From a bacterium (GTDB lineage Bacteria > Patescibacteriota > Microgenomatia > Levybacterales > UBA12049), in contig JAKALS010000002.1 of the NCBI GenBank assembly GCA_021813145.1, positions 149,862-213,861 of the forward strand: a stretch of DNA of 64,000 nucleotides, written 5' to 3'. Positions 60,525 to 64,000 of this stretch are shown piece after piece (the first letter of the stretch is position 1; each line of letters starts with the position of its first letter). Made by a program: the position numbers and the translations under genes. The notes under the pieces were generated by a model. The model saw nothing but the letters and a program-made list of their open reading frames with translations, was not told the origin of the DNA and searched no databases.

Positions 60525-61172
60525 TTAAGGAGTTTTGGTATAGACTGTCATTTTGGCAGACATACCGTTTAAAATCTGCGGATATTTTGAAGCATCAAAT
60601 TTTGCATATACGACAAACTGCTGGGTAGGTCTTTCGCTAGAAACCGAAAATTGAAGTTGGGTAACTTTAGCCGTAGGGCTTATTTCGTCTACATAGCCCC
60701 AGAAAGTTTTTCCGGGCAAAGCGTCAACCGTAAAGGAAACAGGCTGACCGATTTTAACCTGGTTTAGGCCCTTATTTTCGTCTATAGTTCCCGCTACTCT
60801 CATATCCGATAAATTTATCATTTGAACTACCGGAGTCTGAGCCGTTGCCATACTTCCGATAGCCTGGTCCGTAGAAACAACCAATCCATCCTCGTATGCA
60901 ACAAGACTCTGGGTTCCGACAATTGCGACAACATCTCCTTTTTTGACGTGTTCTCCTTCATAAACCCTCATCTGGTATAAAGTTCCCGGAGTCGAAGGCG
61001 CAATTGTTACGATCGGAGCATCTATTAAGGACGTATCTATACTTACCCTATCCCTTAACTTTTCGTAAAATACATATCCGCCTATTAACGCCACTGCTAC
61101 CACCACTATTATGAGAATCCTCATAACCTTAGGATTTCTTATCCTTTTTATTAAAGCTTGTATTTTTTTCAT
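60525..61172 (-). CDS. HlyD/EmrA-family membrane fusion protein (short)
   Basis: 215 aa; N-terminal TM anchor then beta-barrel/lipoyl-like segments ('YQMRVYEGEHVKKGDVVAIVG', 'VKIGQPVSFTVDALPGKTFWGYVDEISP'). Confidence 0.6.
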   Translation of the reverse strand: MKKIQALIKRIRNPKVMRILIIVVVAVALIGGYVFYEKLRDRVSIDTSLIDAPIVTIAPSTPGTLYQMRVYEGEHVKKGDVVAIVGTQSLVAYEDGLVVSTDQAIGSMATAQTPVVQMINLSDMRVAGTIDENKGLNQVKIGQPVSFTVDALPGKTFWGYVDEISPTAKVTQLQFSVSSERPTQQFVVYAKFDASKYPQILNGMSAKMTVYTKTP

Positions 61173-62332
61173 ATAATGTTATAGAGTTTAGAAATTACCG
61201 ATTCGGGATTTGTAATAACCTTATCGCTTGCCGAAAGTCCGCTAAGAATTTCCGTTTGACCATTGGATGTATTTCCTATAGTTACCTCTTTAATTACAGG
61301 TTTTCCATTTTCAAGTACCCATACATAATTGTCGGATAGCACGGTCCACGAAGGGACAAGCATTACTTTTTGGGTAAAATTACTTTTTATAAGAACTGTT
61401 CCGGATTGTCCAAGTATTGCCGTATCCGGATTTAGACCGTTTGCCTTAATGTCAACCCTGTATACGCTTTCTCCCGTTGGAAGAATAGTTCTTTGCGGAT
61501 AGATTTTATCGACTACTCCCGAAATTACCTGCCCCTTTTGGCTGTCCAGCATTATTTTTGCGCTGTTACCGACACTTATAAAGGGGATATCCTGTTCTCT
61601 TACGTTTGCTGAAAATACCATAGAGGAAGGATCTGCTATTACAATTGTTGTAGCCGGAGTAACATTAACGCCGGATGAGGTAACATCTTCATGCATTACC
61701 ACCCCGTTTATCGGCGATGTTAAATTTGCAAGCTGCAGGGCATAATTTGCAATATTAATATTTATCTGAGCCGAGTTTTGGGCTATTAAGGCATTATCCA
61801 CAATTCTTTTTACGTTATCGTAAATTACATTTGTCTCGGGGACTGCCGAATATCCCTGTTTGTTTGTTTGGTCAAGAGAGGTTCTTTGCTGTCCTTCCAA
61901 GACTCCTGCCTGTTGACTTTGCTGAGCCTGATCTGCGGAATTTTTAGCAATCTGATAATTATTTGCCATTAGCTGGAGTTGCTGCTGTAAATCATAGGTA
62001 TCAAGACTTGCAATTGTTTCTCCCTGGTAAACAGCGTCTCCCTCTTTAACCCCAAGGTACGCAAGTTTTCCTCCTGTTAAGAAATTCAAATTAGCGGTAT
62101 TTTGAGCATTTGTATAACCGGAGGCAAGAATTTGCGAACCTACCACCTGGACATTTGCGGTCTCTGTTTTAGGCAATTGGTAAGCACTTGCCAAGAAGGT
62201 AACCGAAAAAATACCTGCTAGGGTCACTACCAAAGTTACAAGAAAATACTTAAGCAAATTCATTCTTCGTGAATTTTGTTTTTCATTTTTATTTTTTAAA
62301 CTTTTACTTTTCATAATTGTCGGATTTTTCAA
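61169..62332 (-). CDS. HlyD-family efflux periplasmic adaptor (membrane fusion protein)
   Basis: 387 aa; TM anchor, coiled-coil 'LDTYDLQQQLQLMANNYQIAKNSADQAQQ', C-terminal beta-barrel/MPD domain. Confidence 0.65.
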   Translation of the reverse strand: MKNPTIMKSKSLKNKNEKQNSRRMNLLKYFLVTLVVTLAGIFSVTFLASAYQLPKTETANVQVVGSQILASGYTNAQNTANLNFLTGGKLAYLGVKEGDAVYQGETIASLDTYDLQQQLQLMANNYQIAKNSADQAQQSQQAGVLEGQQRTSLDQTNKQGYSAVPETNVIYDNVKRIVDNALIAQNSAQININIANYALQLANLTSPINGVVMHEDVTSSGVNVTPATTIVIADPSSMVFSANVREQDIPFISVGNSAKIMLDSQKGQVISGVVDKIYPQRTILPTGESVYRVDIKANGLNPDTAILGQSGTVLIKSNFTQKVMLVPSWTVLSDNYVWVLENGKPVIKEVTIGNTSNGQTEILSGLSASDKVITNPESVISKLYNII

Positions 62333-62741
62333 TCAATGTTTCCAAAATCCTAAGCATATCTTGCTTATCTTTTAATGAAAGTGAAGAGAGAAGAATATTT
62401 ATTTTTGTTTCTCTTTGCTTCATTGCTTCCTGGAATAGTTTTTCTCCGTGTTTTGTCAGGTTTATTTTTACTATTCTTCTGTCTTTAATGTCATTTTTTC
62501 TCTGGGCATAACCCATTTCTATAAGTTTGTCCATTAAAGAAGTTGCGCTCGGCATCGTAATCGAAAAATATTCCGAAATATCTTTCATTTGCGCGTCTTT
62601 GTTATGTTTAAGAAAAATTAACGCCTCAAATTGAACCATTGTAAGGTTTGAGGTTTTTGAATGGAAAGACATTGTAGGCTTCATGGATTTAAAAAACCTA
62701 AACATCGTTTCCAAAATCCTGTCATTTATTTCATCTTTCAT
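62304..62741 (-). CDS. MarR-family transcriptional regulator
   Basis: 145 aa; winged-helix 'LTMVQFEALIFLKHNKDAQMKDISEYFSITMPSATSLMDKLIEMGYAQRKNDIKDRRIVKINLTKHGEKL'. Confidence 0.8.
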   Translation of the reverse strand: MKDEINDRILETMFRFFKSMKPTMSFHSKTSNLTMVQFEALIFLKHNKDAQMKDISEYFSITMPSATSLMDKLIEMGYAQRKNDIKDRRIVKINLTKHGEKLFQEAMKQRETKINILLSSLSLKDKQDMLRILETLIEKSDNYEK

Positions 62742-62819
62742 ACCTTTTGAAAAACTAATGATTAGATAGTATAACTAATTCTCTTAAAATTGTCAACGTT
62801 TAAGTTTCTCTCTTAAAAA

Positions 62820-62828
62820 TGATATAAT
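62820..62828 (+). promoter_or_regulatory. extended -10 promoter element (TGaTATAAT) for the tRNA
   Basis: Read directly at 62820..62828; ends 9 nt before the tRNA 5' end. Confidence 0.45.
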
Positions 62829-62837
62829 TAGATACGA

Positions 62838-62911
62838 GCCGCGTTCGTCTAGTGGCCCAGGACGCCGGGTTCTCATCCCGGAAATCAGGGGTTCAACTCC
62901 CCTACGCGGTA
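62838..62911 (+). tRNA. tRNA-Glu (anticodon CUC)
   Basis: Manual cloverleaf. Acceptor GCCGCGT/ACGCGGT (G1-U72 wobble). D-stem GTCT/GGAC with D-loop AGTGGCCCA. Anticodon stem CCGGG/CCCGG with loop TTCTCAT, giving CUC. T-stem AGGGG/CCCCT with T-loop TTCAACT. Discriminator A; CCA not encoded. Confidence 0.8.
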
Positions 62912-62925
62912 CAGAAACTTTTTAT

Positions 62926-62944
62926 GTGATTTAAATCACTTTTG
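62926..62944 (+). terminator. putative intrinsic terminator after the tRNA (gtgat-ttaa-atcac + TTTTG)
   Basis: Perfect palindrome gtgatttaaatcac immediately followed by a T-run; the stem is AT-rich, so stability is modest. Confidence 0.35.
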
Positions 62945-63029
62945 CCTCTTTACAACTCCCAAATTTTTTTGTTAGAATTTTCAGCTAATGGGAGAAAAAG
63001 AACCTAAAATAACAACCGATAGGAAGCTC

Positions 63030-63056
63030 ATAAAAGCCGGACACGTTTGCTCCGGC
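63030..63056 (-). terminator. putative intrinsic terminator downstream of lon (GCCGGA-9nt-UCCGGC + UUUUAU on the minus strand)
   Basis: Plus-strand 'ataaaa gccgga cacgtttgc tccggc'. On the minus strand this is a 6-bp GC-rich hairpin followed by a U-run, about 100 nt past the lon stop. Confidence 0.45.
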
Positions 63057-63153
63057 TATTGCATGCCCGACAGCGGAATGTCACCTACCCAAGCAAGGCT
63101 TTTAACCATAGATCGATCCCAACACTCGTCACATTTCGAAGAAAGAAGAGAAA

Positions 63154-64000
63154 CTAGTCTGCCTGGGGCGGATTTGCATACAAAACAGGCCTCGTCGGAA
63201 CCTCGGTAGTCACTTTTGTTTTTATAGGTTTTTTAAGGGCTACTCCTAACACCTCGTCCATATGGGAAACAAACACGAATTTGAGATCTTTTAATACTTC
63301 TTTAGGCACATCCTCCAAGTCTTTTTTATTATCTTTTGGAATTATTATTGTCTTAAGTCCCGCCCTATGAGCGGCTATTACTTTTTCCTTAAGGCCTCCG
63401 ATCTCAAGAACTCTTCCGCGCAAGGTTACTTCCCCCGTCATTCCGACTTTTCTGTCTACGGGTATTTTTGTAAGGGCAGAAACCATTGCAGTCGTGATTG
63501 CGATTCCCGCGGAAGGGCCGTCTTTGGGCACTGCTCCTTCAGGAACATGAATATGAATGTCCAGTTTCTGGTAGAATTTTTCGGAAAGACCCAAAGCCTG
63601 TGCTCTTGCGCGTATATATGAAAGTGCTGCCTGACAGGATTCTTTCATCACGTCTCCTAACTGTCCCGTAAGTATTAAGCTTCCTTTTCCGGGCATAAGA
63701 GCCACCTCTATAAACAGTATGTCTCCTCCGGCTTCCGTCCAGGCAAGGCCGGTAGACATACCTACCTCATCCTTTTTCTCTATCAGGGTTGAGCTAACTT
63801 TAATGGGGCCTAAGAATTTCGGAACATTTTTATCCGTCACTATGACTTTCTGTTTTTTGCCCTCTGCTACCATTTTTGCCACTTTTCTAAAAATTGCCGC
63901 AAACTGTCTCTCGAGGCTTCGCACACCTGCTTCTCTCGTGTAATGATCAATTACAAATCTTATAGCATCATCTTTTACTTCAATGTTTGAGGAGGTTAAC
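63154..64000 (-). CDS. lon: ATP-dependent Lon protease, C-terminal (S16 proteolytic) part; gene continues past window end
   Basis: 'PKDGPSAGIAITTAMVSALT', 'MTGEVTLRGRVLEIGGLKEKVIAAHRAGLKTIIIP'. The ORF-track start at 63924 is an internal GTG; manual translation upstream stays open to 64000 ('...DHYTREAGVRSLERQ...'), matching the Lon 'YTREAGVR.LER' region. Confidence 0.85.
   Translation of the reverse strand, partial: LTSSNIEVKDDAIRFVIDHYTREAGVRSLERQFAAIFRKVAKMVAEGKKQKVIVTDKNVPKFLGPIKVSSTLIEKKDEVGMSTGLAWTEAGGDILFIEVALMPGKGSLILTGQLGDVMKESCQAALSYIRARAQALGLSEKFYQKLDIHIHVPEGAVPKDGPSAGIAITTAMVSALTKIPVDRKVGMTGEVTLRGRVLEIGGLKEKVIAAHRAGLKTIIIPKDNKKDLEDVPKEVLKDLKFVFVSHMDEVLGVALKKPIKTKVTTEVPTRPVLYANPPQAD

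Noticed and set aside
60525-61172. Short HlyD-like ORF considered a pseudogene fragment
   Set aside because: It has its own N-terminal TM anchor and an intact frame, so it is reported as a separate short adaptor. The pseudogene possibility is mentioned in the findings rather than called.
62988-63209. 73-aa plus-strand ORF and a relatively GC-rich 200-bp stretch between the tRNA and lon; considered a small protein or structured ncRNA
   Set aside because: The ORF overlaps the lon 3' end and has odd composition. The stretch is better explained as the lon 3' UTR carrying a strong minus-strand intrinsic terminator (GCCGGA-9-UCCGGC + U-run at 63030..63056), facing the tRNA terminator.

Overview
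The window appears to be one very large extracytoplasmic-glycosylation super-locus in a low-GC bacterium, possibly of the CPR/Patescibacteria group. That placement is inference only, from a DUF5652-like small membrane protein, pervasive start/stop gene overlaps, AT-rich intergenic regions and the gene content. About 52 of 55 genes are on the minus strand, and many overlap by 4-29 nt, suggesting long translationally coupled polycistrons.

From 1 to about 57.7 kb I count:
- 17-18 large polytopic membrane proteins with the hallmarks of GT-C-fold glycosyltransferases. They fall into recognisable paralog families: three tandem PMT_2/GT39-like genes with a conserved loop-1 D-E motif; three YfhO-like proteins of 757-791 aa; three of a family with an 'hDD..H..FPVRW..GYGYP' loop; two 'YDxxxD' paralogs; one ArnT-like; several unassigned.
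- About 9 GT2 genes, including five Dpm1/GtrB-like polyprenyl-phosphate sugar synthases and three WaaE/KdtX-like.
- 4 GT4 genes, one CgeB-like GT, one GT11 alpha-1,2-fucosyltransferase, GDP-L-fucose synthase (Fcl) and UDP-glucose 4-epimerase (GalE).
- Two Wzx-type flippases, three SAM-methyltransferases, two hexapeptide acetyltransferases and an alkaline-phosphatase-family phosphodiesterase.

A markedly AT-richer block at about 3.6-15.4 kb carries the only mobile-element-like gene, a replication-relaxation-family protein on the plus strand, together with the fucosylation genes and two giant Asn/Lys/Tyr-rich membrane proteins. It looks like a horizontally acquired glycan-diversification island.

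The 3' end of the window switches to housekeeping and efflux functions: an orphan plus-strand protein with an N-terminal tandem repeat behind a textbook sigma70 promoter; a MarR plus two membrane-fusion proteins plus a DHA2 MFS transporter (EmrRAB-like); a tRNA-Glu(CUC) with an extended -10 promoter and a terminator; and the C-terminal part of Lon protease running off the window.

No CRISPR, rRNA, transposase or integrase was seen.
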